A program made the translations under genes and the position numbers. A model generated the notes under the pieces. The model did no database searches, had not been told where the DNA came from, and saw only the letters and a program-made list of their open reading frames with translations. From Minisyncoccota bacterium (GTDB lineage Bacteria > Patescibacteriota > Minisyncoccia > UBA6257 > JAGOQP01), in assembly GCA_041661795.1 (NCBI GenBank), contig JBAZTS010000001.1, positions 124,161 to 188,160 on the forward strand: a stretch of DNA of 64,000 bases, in the 5' to 3' direction. Position 1 is the first letter of the stretch; every line of letters starts with the position of its first letter. Positions 47,533-56,216 of the stretch are shown piece after piece.

Positions 47533-48441
47533 TTATACGCCACTTAGTATTTTTATTTTATCCGACACCACTTTTTCCACTTCATGAACTACTTCGGGAA
47601 GTATCTTATAAGGAACGATTTCGTTGGGACGAGATAAAAGAGCCAAATCCAAACCTCTCTTCCAGGCAGTTCTAAGTTCTGTATTGATATGAACAATAGA
47701 TACTCCCGCCAAAACAGCCAGTTTTAATTGTTCGTTAGAAACCCCAGACGCCCCATGTAAAACCATGGGAATATCAATCATGCTTTTTATCTCTTTTATT
47801 CTCTCTACATCAAGATTGGGGTCGGAAGCATCCAAAAACATTCCATGCAGAGTCCCTAGTGCCGGCGCCAGTAAATCTATTCCCGTTTCTTCTATAAATC
47901 TTTTGGCATCTTCGGGTTTAGTCAAATCTTCTTTTTTAACAGAAACACCTTCTGGGATTCTATCTAAAATAACTGACCCGGAACCTATATATCCAAGCTC
48001 CCCTTCCACCAAAACATCGCAATTATTTTTCTGGTTATATTCTTTGACAAAATTAACAACCTCTTTTGTCTCTCTTATGTTTTCTTCAATATTTTCTTTT
48101 CCGGCATCAAACAAAACTGCGTCAAATCCGGCCTCAACCGCTTCTTTTATTTTACCAAAAGAATGCGTATGGTCAGCGTTAAGAAAAATAGGAAAATTTC
48201 CGCCCGAGGCGGATCCGTCTATGATGGAAAATTCTTCTCTTAAACTTTTTATAAGAGCCACAACTTGTTTTATGCCTATAAAATCTCTTTCCCCTTCTGA
48301 AACTCCTATAATAACGGGCTGTTTCAAAGCGTAAGCAGCATCAAAAATTCCCTTAAGAGCCGCCAAATCGGAGATATTAAAATGCCCAACAGCTACATTG
48401 TGTAACTGAGCATCTTTTATTATTTCTCGCAATGTTTGCAT
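47533..48441 (-). CDS. fba: class II fructose-bisphosphate aldolase
   Basis: Class II FBA/TBP aldolase family motifs (NVAVGHFNISD, LNADHTHSF, HGASG). Contains an in-frame GC-rich palindromic insert at 48200..48217. Confidence 0.8.
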   Translation of the reverse strand: MQTLREIIKDAQLHNVAVGHFNISDLAALKGIFDAAYALKQPVIIGVSEGERDFIGIKQVVALIKSLREEFSIIDGSASGGNFPIFLNADHTHSFGKIKEAVEAGFDAVLFDAGKENIEENIRETKEVVNFVKEYNQKNNCDVLVEGELGYIGSGSVILDRIPEGVSVKKEDLTKPEDAKRFIEETGIDLLAPALGTLHGMFLDASDPNLDVERIKEIKSMIDIPMVLHGASGVSNEQLKLAVLAGVSIVHINTELRTAWKRGLDLALLSRPNEIVPYKILPEVVHEVEKVVSDKIKILSGV

Positions 48442-48448
48442 GGACTTA

Positions 48449-49720
48449 TTATATACTAATATATCCTTTAGTGATATTTTCTTTAGTCATTTCTTCCATT
48501 TTCCCCTCACCAAAATAGGAAGAAAATATTTTATTCCATAGTGACTCCTGATGATGATAAAGATACTTAATCATTTCAACCTTTTTAACTAAAGCCATTG
48601 AGGTATCTATAAGATTAAAGCTGACTAGAACTTCTATCCCGGTATCAGTAGAAAAATAATCGCCTATCCAATTCAGCCCCGCCCAGAAAGCAAAATCTCC
48701 ATCCAAGCCATGTTTTTTTGCCAACTCAACAATATTCTTTTCTGCTTTCTCCCAATGCAAGGCCTCCGGGTTAACGTGAGGATAAAAAAGACGCCAGTCG
48801 TTTTCGTCGTCTTTGGCTAAATATCTTTGAGTAACCATCCAATCTCCTTCCTTTATCAGTTCCTTAGAATCAATTACGTCGCCTCTTAAAAGAGAGGAAA
48901 AATCTTCAAAAAAGTTATGATTTATTATCTTTTTTCCGCCCGAGGCGGATCCGCCTATGGCGGAGAATACATCCGAATAAAAAGATATTTCATTAACATA
49001 ATGGAATAAGAGAGCCACGGTTCTTATGAGTTCTCCGGGGATATCCAAGGATATAGGAATGACAAATATTATTCCTAATTCTTTTAAGTGGCTAATGTTG
49101 TGATATTTTTTTTCAACAAATTTCTGAGCCAACTCTTTCCATCTGTCGCTGATAGAAATGATTTCTATTGGCCTTATCTCAAAATCAGCGCTGGACAAAT
49201 CTTGATAATGCCTGATAAAAAACATATTTATCCATTCAGCTCCTTCTACAAATCTAAGGGCGCTGGCTACTTCCCTCCAGTCCTCTTTTTTGAGCATCTC
49301 TGAAACGCTTTGATAACCAAGTGCGGAAAGAATCTTTTTAGGCGGTTCTTTTTCCAATATTTCTATAAACTTGTCTTTTTTTATAAAAAATCCTTCTTTT
49401 TTACCAACCACCAGATTAACCGCCTCAATTATTTTTTGGCATCCACCAACTTCAAAATGACATGGATTTCCTAAAACCGAATTGAGAATTTTATCGTCCT
49501 TGTTTATTTTTCCTATAAGAGCGTCAAATATTTGTTTGGCGCTGGAATCTTTTTTGAGACCAAGAAAGCTTAGTTTTTCCAGCATTATTGCCTCATTGTC
49601 AGAGCAAATTTCATCAAGCATTCTGGCTTTATTGGTAATTTTGCCAAGCTTATCCTGAACGTTTTTTATAACATCTTTATCGGTTCTTAAAATTCTTGCA
49701 ATTTTTTCGTAGGATTCCAT
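48449..49720 (-). CDS. hypothetical protein (423 aa) sandwiched between two pilin-LamG genes
   Basis: No motif recognised. Carries the longest copy of the GC-rich palindromic element (48936..48963), encoding AIGGSASGGK. Confidence 0.5.
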   Translation of the reverse strand: MESYEKIARILRTDKDVIKNVQDKLGKITNKARMLDEICSDNEAIMLEKLSFLGLKKDSSAKQIFDALIGKINKDDKILNSVLGNPCHFEVGGCQKIIEAVNLVVGKKEGFFIKKDKFIEILEKEPPKKILSALGYQSVSEMLKKEDWREVASALRFVEGAEWINMFFIRHYQDLSSADFEIRPIEIISISDRWKELAQKFVEKKYHNISHLKELGIIFVIPISLDIPGELIRTVALLFHYVNEISFYSDVFSAIGGSASGGKKIINHNFFEDFSSLLRGDVIDSKELIKEGDWMVTQRYLAKDDENDWRLFYPHVNPEALHWEKAEKNIVELAKKHGLDGDFAFWAGLNWIGDYFSTDTGIEVLVSFNLIDTSMALVKKVEMIKYLYHHQESLWNKIFSSYFGEGKMEEMTKENITKGYISI

Positions 49721-49729
49721 AAATTTATT

Positions 49730-51055
49730 TTAATATAAAGCGTATTTGTTATTTAAATATTTTTCTACGCTTTGACGTTCTCCTGTGGTTAATGTGTGAT
49801 CATAAAGAATAATTTCAGCAATTTGTACGTTAGAAAAACCTTCCACATTACTAGCTCCTTGCGAAGCTCCGATTAAATATTCGTCGTCGTCAGTATTTGA
49901 AGTACCAGCACAACCATCAGCAGCGTTGTAACTATAAGCCGCTCCGTTGACATAGAGACCGCCAGAACAGTTAGTTCCTCCAGTGGAATCTTGTTGATCA
50001 ATTAATTTAAAAGAAGTTTGATCAAATCCTTCTCCGAATTTAATCCAAGCACCTCCCATCGATCTCCAGAAACTCAACGGAGCAGTTCTAAATCCGAAAT
50101 ATTTAAATTGTCCGTCTGCTCCGGTTGAAGAACCTAAATAAACAACAGCCACAGGATCTCCATACCAACTCAAACTTTTAGCTACTATAAATAAAGTTTG
50201 ACCTCTAGTACCAGAAATTCCTGTTGGTCCTCCAATTAGATAATTATCAATTCCATCAAATTGAACTACCGAATTTCCATTAACTTGATTGGTTTTTAAG
50301 ATCGGCTTATAACTTACATTACTTTGTACGGCATTATTATTATTTCCAGACATATCGTTCCAAGTTGAAATTGGATCATTATCAGAAATCCCCAAGGAAT
50401 CCGCCTTTAACCATAATCTGGGACCATTAGATACTAAGGAGAGGTCAGTTCCTTTTTCAAATCTAATTGGATCTCCACCTCCGTCATTAGAAGCAGCAGA
50501 AATAAATTTATTTGATTCTATAAGAGCTGCTAGTTTCCAAGATCCTCCTGGAATATACGTATAATAAAGTCCATCTGAAGCAGAGTTAGTGGGATCAATA
50601 GGAAGAGATGAAAGTTGAATAACGGATTGAGTAGTAAAATTGACAGGAATCCAACCTGTTCCATCTGTCTTGATAAGGTTAGTTATAGTAACACAATTAT
50701 ATATGTATCCCGTAGGTAAAGAAGGAAGACCAAGATTGTCGCATGTTGCTGAAGAATCAGGGATGGAGACATAGACGGTAAGAGATGTTCCAAAGGAAAG
50801 GGTGGGGTCTATGACTTCTAGGTTCTGGAGGGAGTTATTGAGTAAAGAGAGGTCTTGCATTCTACGAGAGTCCCTAGTTTGAGCAAGATAATCAGCAGGG
50901 TTGAGGACGATAATGACTGCGGTTGTGAGTACGGCAAGAATACCTATAACAACGAGGAGTTCTACAAGGGTGAAGGAACGGGAATTGTATACCGTAGACC
51001 GTATACAGGGATAAGAAAAATACTTCTTTAGTTTGGATTTAATAGATTTATTCAT
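49730..51055 (-). CDS. prepilin-type N-terminal domain protein with C-terminal LamG-like domain (mosaic paralog B)
   Basis: Leader MNKSIKSKLKKYFSYPCIRSTVYNSRS, then FTLVELLVVIGILAVL. The N-terminal third is near-identical to the 62398..63693 protein. The middle segment is near-identical to the 46181..47503 protein. Confidence 0.65.
   Translation of the reverse strand: MNKSIKSKLKKYFSYPCIRSTVYNSRSFTLVELLVVIGILAVLTTAVIIVLNPADYLAQTRDSRRMQDLSLLNNSLQNLEVIDPTLSFGTSLTVYVSIPDSSATCDNLGLPSLPTGYIYNCVTITNLIKTDGTGWIPVNFTTQSVIQLSSLPIDPTNSASDGLYYTYIPGGSWKLAALIESNKFISAASNDGGGDPIRFEKGTDLSLVSNGPRLWLKADSLGISDNDPISTWNDMSGNNNNAVQSNVSYKPILKTNQVNGNSVVQFDGIDNYLIGGPTGISGTRGQTLFIVAKSLSWYGDPVAVVYLGSSTGADGQFKYFGFRTAPLSFWRSMGGAWIKFGEGFDQTSFKLIDQQDSTGGTNCSGGLYVNGAAYSYNAADGCAGTSNTDDDEYLIGASQGASNVEGFSNVQIAEIILYDHTLTTGERQSVEKYLNNKYALY
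50987..51007. repeat. degenerate heptamer array GTATACC-GTAGACC-GTATACA in the 5' coding region of pilin-LamG paralog B
   Basis: Seen in sequence. It encodes ...PCIRSTVYN.... Further GTATAC motifs lie in the promoter region 51061..51090. Confidence 0.65.
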
Positions 51056-51088
51056 TTTTACGGTATACGATATACTGTATTTAGTATA

Positions 51089-52090
51089 CTATTTTCTCAA
51101 TATTCTTGCCGCTTCTTCTGGAAAAACAGAGTTTATTTCAACTCCTGTTCCTAATTCAAATCCAGCAGAAATATTGGACTTGGGAACAATCTCAATGTGC
51201 CAATGGTAGCGAGAGTGTTTATTTTTTTCAAAAACCGGGGCGGTATGAATAAAGAAATTATAATCAGGGTCATTAATATTTTTTCTGATTAAATTCAGAA
51301 TTTTTTGTAAAATTTGTGTGAGAAATGACAAGTTTTTTAAAGAAGCGTCTTCAAAATAAGCCGAGTGTTTTAAAGGAAAGAGATTAATCTGATACGGTTC
51401 TTTGGAAGCAAACGGAGTAAAAGCAATAAATTCTTTATTTTTAAAAACTATTCTTTTTTTATCTTTAATTTCGGTTTTAATAATTTCACAATGAATGCAA
51501 CGATGATATTTTCTATTATATTCAGATGAAGAATCTAAAGATCTTTTGATGGTATGAGAAACTACCGGTAAGGCCAAAATCTGATAGTGAGGATGAAAGA
51601 TTGAAGCTCCGGCTTGTGCTCCCCAATTATGAAATAAAGAAATATATTTAACTCTTTTATCTATAGCTAATTGTCTGTATCTTTTTTGCAAAGCCAAAAG
51701 AACATTTAAGGCCTGCTTGTCACCCAAATCAGGAAACGACTTAAAATGATTTCTGGTAATAAGCAGATCATGATGTCCAAACCCAGAAACTGTTTCATAT
51801 ATTCCCCTTTTTTTTATTTTAACGCTAACCTTAGGACCATCAAAAACGGCCGGATATTTATTTTCAAGAACTTGAAGTTCCCACTTTTCCAACGGCAGTT
51901 TTTCCGGAAACCAAAAATATGGATATCTATTACCATTTTTTTGAGGGTTCTCAAACGGACAAGAGTTTACAGGAGAAGGTTTCCTCTTAGGAGTTATTTT
52001 CTTTTTGAGTTCATTGGGTCTTTTGGAGCGCTTAGAATTAACCAAGACCCATTCTCCAGTTGTCACGTGATAGCGAAGTTCTGAATTCAT
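51089..52090 (-). CDS. galT: HIT-superfamily nucleotidyltransferase, galactose-1-phosphate uridylyltransferase-like
   Basis: N-terminal Zn-site-like NSCPFE. HIT-type FHPHYQI (HxHxQ) active-site motif. 333 aa. Family-level inference. Confidence 0.5.
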   Translation of the reverse strand: MNSELRYHVTTGEWVLVNSKRSKRPNELKKKITPKRKPSPVNSCPFENPQKNGNRYPYFWFPEKLPLEKWELQVLENKYPAVFDGPKVSVKIKKRGIYETVSGFGHHDLLITRNHFKSFPDLGDKQALNVLLALQKRYRQLAIDKRVKYISLFHNWGAQAGASIFHPHYQILALPVVSHTIKRSLDSSSEYNRKYHRCIHCEIIKTEIKDKKRIVFKNKEFIAFTPFASKEPYQINLFPLKHSAYFEDASLKNLSFLTQILQKILNLIRKNINDPDYNFFIHTAPVFEKNKHSRYHWHIEIVPKSNISAGFELGTGVEINSVFPEEAARILRK

Positions 52091-52092
52091 AA

Positions 52093-54075
52093 TTATTTTA
52101 ATCTGTTTTCATAATACCACTCAAACACTTTCTTGGCTACCGGAACAGCATTTAAACTACCCTCCTTGGCGTCTTCTATCAGCACTAAGACAGCTATTTG
52201 TTGAGGTATCGCAGATTCACCCTGATCAAGACGTGGATTGTCGCCGATATTCTCATCTGCGCTTATCTGCGTTGTTTCCTTTGGAAGCAAGTTGTAGCCA
52301 ACAAAAAATGCATTTACTTTGGCATTATTTTCTATCTGAGCACTTCCGGTTTTGGCGGCAATTTTTAAAGGAATACCATTCAATATATGAGAGGTTCCAT
52401 ATTCTTTTTCTACTCCATCCATCATTCCTTTTTCAACTTCGGAAAAATTATTAACATCAGAAAACTCCATCAAATCATAAGACGGATTTTTAGTAAAAAC
52501 AGATTCTTGTAAATTATTTTTAATTTCCTTTACTAAATAAGGATTGAAAAGTTTCCCCTTAGAATTAATGGCTGATATATATCTTAAAAGAGCTAACGGG
52601 CTAATCATTAAATCTCCCTGACCTATGGAAACGTTATAAGTATCTCCTATTCTCCAAATTTGACCCGTTCTTTCCTCTTTTTTCTCCGGATCTGGTAGGA
52701 CCCCAACCGATTCGCCGATAATATCTATACCTGTCTTTTTATCTAATAAAAACTTTTTCCAATAATCTATTAACCTATAAACCCCAAGACCCTTTAGATT
52801 TTCTCCGCCCAAGGCGGATCCGCCTTTGGAGGAAAATCCTCCACCAACTTCGTAGAAGTAAACATTGCTGGAACGAGCCAGGGCTGAATACAAATTAACC
52901 CAGCCATGTGCTTTCCAATCAACAAATCTTGAGGGTTTGTCTGGAAAATAAGGATTGGGAATTTCTATGTAACCGGCAGAAAAAATCGAATAAAAAGGAT
53001 CAACTACTTTTTCTTCTAAAGCCCCAAAAGCCACCAACGGCTTGATGGTAGACCCCGGGCTGTATATTCCAGAAATTATTCTATTAAATGTCGGCCTGAG
53101 AGAATCGGAAAAAAGAGAGGATGACAAGTTATTATTGTCAAAACTTGGCAAACTCACCATAGAAAGAATTTCACCGTTTGATGGATCCATAATAAGCCCA
53201 GCTCCTGATTTTCTGCCCAAAAAATTAAGTTGATTTTTAAGTTCCGTATAAAAGAACTTTTGTAAATCAGCATCTAAAGTAGTGGTCAAACTACTGCCCG
53301 AAACAGGATCGGAAAATTTTTTCTCTTCAATAGTATTTCCCAAAGCGTCTTTGAAAACCACCGTGCTTCCTTTTTTACCTCTAATATATTTATCGTAATA
53401 TGCCTCTAAACCACTTTTGCCTATTTCATCATTTAAATCAAAACTTTCGTCAGTGTCTATATCATTACGACTCACTAGTCCTACATAACCTAATACGTGT
53501 GAAAAAACCTCTCCGTCAATATATCTCCTGGAGAAATTGTTTTCTACCAGAAGAAAATCAAAATTGAGATTCTTTATAGCCAAGCTCTGTTCCAAAGATA
53601 TATTTTTTAAAAGAGTAAGATGCGATTGTCTCTCTAAATTAGCCGATAGAATTGAATCTTTTATGGTCTGTTTATCAAAAGGAACTATTATGTTTATTTT
53701 TTCTAAAAGATTATCCAATTCATCTCTTCTTTTTAGAAGTTGAGAAAGAGATAAGACCGCGTCAAAACTGGGATTATTGGCAACCAAAGATGTCCCATAT
53801 CTGTCATAGATAACTCCCCTTGGAGCTGTTAAAATAATTTCTTGTCCGGCATTGGCCAAAGCTCTAATTTTATAAAAATCATCACCAAATCCAATGTAAA
53901 TAAATCTAAAAGCAAACAACAGAATAACCGCAAAGATTACGAGCCCAACAATTTTGAACACAGAAAAAGAGACGGGTTTTTCCACGGCTTCTAAACCTTG
54001 GGAAAAATCGTCTAAAATCGCATCCTCTAAAAAAATCTCTTTTCTAGCCATAGTCCTAAGAAAAAGAACAAACAA
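52093..54075 (-). CDS. mrdA: penicillin-binding protein 2 (elongasome transpeptidase)
   Basis: N-terminal TM anchor. Transpeptidase motifs STIKP (SxxK), SSN-like, and KTGSA (KTG). Directly downstream of mreBCD. Contains an in-frame palindromic insert at 52805..52832 encoding KGGSALGGE. Confidence 0.8.
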   Translation of the reverse strand: MFVLFLRTMARKEIFLEDAILDDFSQGLEAVEKPVSFSVFKIVGLVIFAVILLFAFRFIYIGFGDDFYKIRALANAGQEIILTAPRGVIYDRYGTSLVANNPSFDAVLSLSQLLKRRDELDNLLEKINIIVPFDKQTIKDSILSANLERQSHLTLLKNISLEQSLAIKNLNFDFLLVENNFSRRYIDGEVFSHVLGYVGLVSRNDIDTDESFDLNDEIGKSGLEAYYDKYIRGKKGSTVVFKDALGNTIEEKKFSDPVSGSSLTTTLDADLQKFFYTELKNQLNFLGRKSGAGLIMDPSNGEILSMVSLPSFDNNNLSSSLFSDSLRPTFNRIISGIYSPGSTIKPLVAFGALEEKVVDPFYSIFSAGYIEIPNPYFPDKPSRFVDWKAHGWVNLYSALARSSNVYFYEVGGGFSSKGGSALGGENLKGLGVYRLIDYWKKFLLDKKTGIDIIGESVGVLPDPEKKEERTGQIWRIGDTYNVSIGQGDLMISPLALLRYISAINSKGKLFNPYLVKEIKNNLQESVFTKNPSYDLMEFSDVNNFSEVEKGMMDGVEKEYGTSHILNGIPLKIAAKTGSAQIENNAKVNAFFVGYNLLPKETTQISADENIGDNPRLDQGESAIPQQIAVLVLIEDAKEGSLNAVPVAKKVFEWYYENRLK

Positions 54076-54497
54076 GATAATAAGCCATTATAAACAAATT
54101 CCACAACAAAACCAAAGATATTAAGATGCTCAAATCCTCCAAAAATAAACCAAAAAATAACTTGAAAGATAAAAACAAACAAAATAAAAATCCATAAATC
54201 ACGTCTGAAAAACAAAAATTTAAGAGCAAAAAACGTCAATATCCCGGCAATAATAAGAAATACTATTTCACCAGAAAAGAAAGGAGAAAATTTGACTAGC
54301 CACGATCCCAGTAGAAGAAAGAGTAAAAAATCAAAAACATCGGTTATAAAAAAACCCAAAGACACAACCAAAATTAATCCCAAGTTGGCTTTTACATTTA
54401 GAAAAGAAAAATCAAGATAAAATATAAGAAGAAATAAAAACAAAAAAGCCAATCCTGATAATAAATTTTTTCTCTGAAAAATATGCTTATTGGCCAT
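54027..54497 (-). CDS. mreD: rod shape-determining protein MreD (polytopic membrane protein)
   Basis: 156 aa, highly hydrophobic with multiple helices. Positioned in the mreB-mreC-[mreD]-pbp2 order. Confidence 0.5.
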   Translation of the reverse strand: MANKHIFQRKNLLSGLAFLFLFLLIFYLDFSFLNVKANLGLILVVSLGFFITDVFDFLLFLLLGSWLVKFSPFFSGEIVFLIIAGILTFFALKFLFFRRDLWIFILFVFIFQVIFWFIFGGFEHLNIFGFVVEFVYNGLLSCLFFFLGLWLEKRFF

Positions 54498-55173
54498 TTA
54501 AATTAATGGAATTTACAACCCAAATATTCCTAAGATTTGTAAGAGAATAAGGCAGATCAATAGTGGCCTCCAAAAAAGCCCCCGAAGAGCTTTCTCCAAC
54601 CGAACTAATCGTGCCGATAAATAATCCATAGGAGAAATCTTTAGAAGCCGAGAATATCTCTTCCCCAGGATTAATGCTTTTAGTTTTATCAACGAACGAT
54701 ATTTTAGGGCTTAATCCTCCTTCAAGTAAACCGTCAATTTCTTGGGATCCTATTCTTACTGGCAAAGAAAAAGATGGGTCAAACAAAGTTATTACTTCAC
54801 TAGTTTTTTGATTAACATTGGATATTTTCCCTACAATAACTTCGCCATCAAGAAGAACTGCCTCGTTTTTATTGACTCCTAAGTAGCTTCCACTATTAAT
54901 ATATAACCGACTCTTGGTATTAAAAGGATATAGAGAAAAAACTTTAGCTGGAATATAATTTTCTTCCAAATTATCTGCCTTTGCGGTAATTCTATTTATT
55001 TCATTCCTAAGACCCTGATTTTCTGATTTTAGAAGAGTATTCTCTTCAACCAAAGACCCGATTTTAAAAATCTTTGAAATACCACCCGAAAAACCCGCTG
55101 GTTTATTAAACGCCAAAGGAGAAATAATCAAGATGACCAACAAAATTATCAGAGTGCCAAAAAAATATTTCAT
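54487..55173 (-). CDS. mreC: rod shape-determining protein MreC
   Basis: N-terminal TM helix. Coiled coil (LKSENQGLRNEINRITAKADNLEE). C-terminal beta domains. Conserved operon position. Confidence 0.7.
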   Translation of the reverse strand: MKYFFGTLIILLVILIISPLAFNKPAGFSGGISKIFKIGSLVEENTLLKSENQGLRNEINRITAKADNLEENYIPAKVFSLYPFNTKSRLYINSGSYLGVNKNEAVLLDGEVIVGKISNVNQKTSEVITLFDPSFSLPVRIGSQEIDGLLEGGLSPKISFVDKTKSINPGEEIFSASKDFSYGLFIGTISSVGESSSGAFLEATIDLPYSLTNLRNIWVVNSINLNGQ

Positions 55174-56213
55174 TATTCTAAATTTATCGGCTTTATAGAG
55201 ACGGCAAAAAGATTTTGGTATCTGTCTATACTCTCAACCGCCATTCCAGTTCCTCTAACCACGCAAGTTAAAGGATCGCTGACTCTAATGGCTTTTACCG
55301 CTATTTCTTTTTCAATTAAATCTTCAAACCCTCTTAATAAACTTCCACCTCCGGAAATATAAATTCCTCTTCTTAGTATATCTCCTGACAATTCCGGGGG
55401 AGTTTTTTCAATAGTATCTTTGATAGCGTCAATAATTTGTTTCATTGACGGCAAAAGAGCTAATCTAACTTGTGATTCTTTAACAACCACCTCTTTGGGG
55501 AGTCCAGAAGACAAATCTCTTCCTCCAATCACCACCTCAGATTTTTCTCCATAAGGAAGCACGGAACCTATTTGTACTTTTATATTCTCGGCAGTTGGTT
55601 CTCCTATAGCCATCCTAAAATCATCTTTAACCATTCTGATTATGTCTTGAGTGAATTTATCTCCAGCTATTTTCAAACTCCTTGAGACAACCACCCCACC
55701 CATAGAAATGACCGCGATTTCGGTTGTTCCTCCTCCGGTATCAATAACCATATTGGCTGTTGGTTCGTCTATGGGAAGATTAGCGCCAAGAACAGCTGCT
55801 ATGGGTTCCTCTAAAAGGTAAACATTAGAAGCCCCAGACGAAACAACAGCGTCTTCAACTGATTTTCTTTCCACTTCGGTTAAGTTGGTGGGTATGGCTA
55901 CCACCGCTCTGATATAATTAAATAAAGAATCTTTTTTTATCCGTCTAAGATAATATTTAAGAATTTCTTGGGTCATAATAAAATCAGAAATAACCCCATT
56001 TACAAGCGGTTTAATGACGTCTATGTGAGTCGGCGTTCTACCAAGCATTTTTTGGGCTTCTTTTCCTATAGCCAAAACTTGGCCGGTTTTATTATTAACG
56101 GCAATTATTGTCGGTTCATTGAATATAATCCCCTCTCCTTTTAGATAGACAAGAGTATTGGCTGTCCCTAAATCTATCCCTATATCAGTTTTGAATCTAT
56201 CAAATAGTGACAT
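55173..56213 (-). CDS. mreB: rod shape-determining protein MreB
   Basis: Actin-fold motifs (IGIDLGTANTLVY, nucleotide-binding DTGGGTTEIAV). 346 aa. Confidence 0.9.
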   Translation of the reverse strand: MSLFDRFKTDIGIDLGTANTLVYLKGEGIIFNEPTIIAVNNKTGQVLAIGKEAQKMLGRTPTHIDVIKPLVNGVISDFIMTQEILKYYLRRIKKDSLFNYIRAVVAIPTNLTEVERKSVEDAVVSSGASNVYLLEEPIAAVLGANLPIDEPTANMVIDTGGGTTEIAVISMGGVVVSRSLKIAGDKFTQDIIRMVKDDFRMAIGEPTAENIKVQIGSVLPYGEKSEVVIGGRDLSSGLPKEVVVKESQVRLALLPSMKQIIDAIKDTIEKTPPELSGDILRRGIYISGGGSLLRGFEDLIEKEIAVKAIRVSDPLTCVVRGTGMAVESIDRYQNLFAVSIKPINLE

Positions 56214-56216
56214 AAA

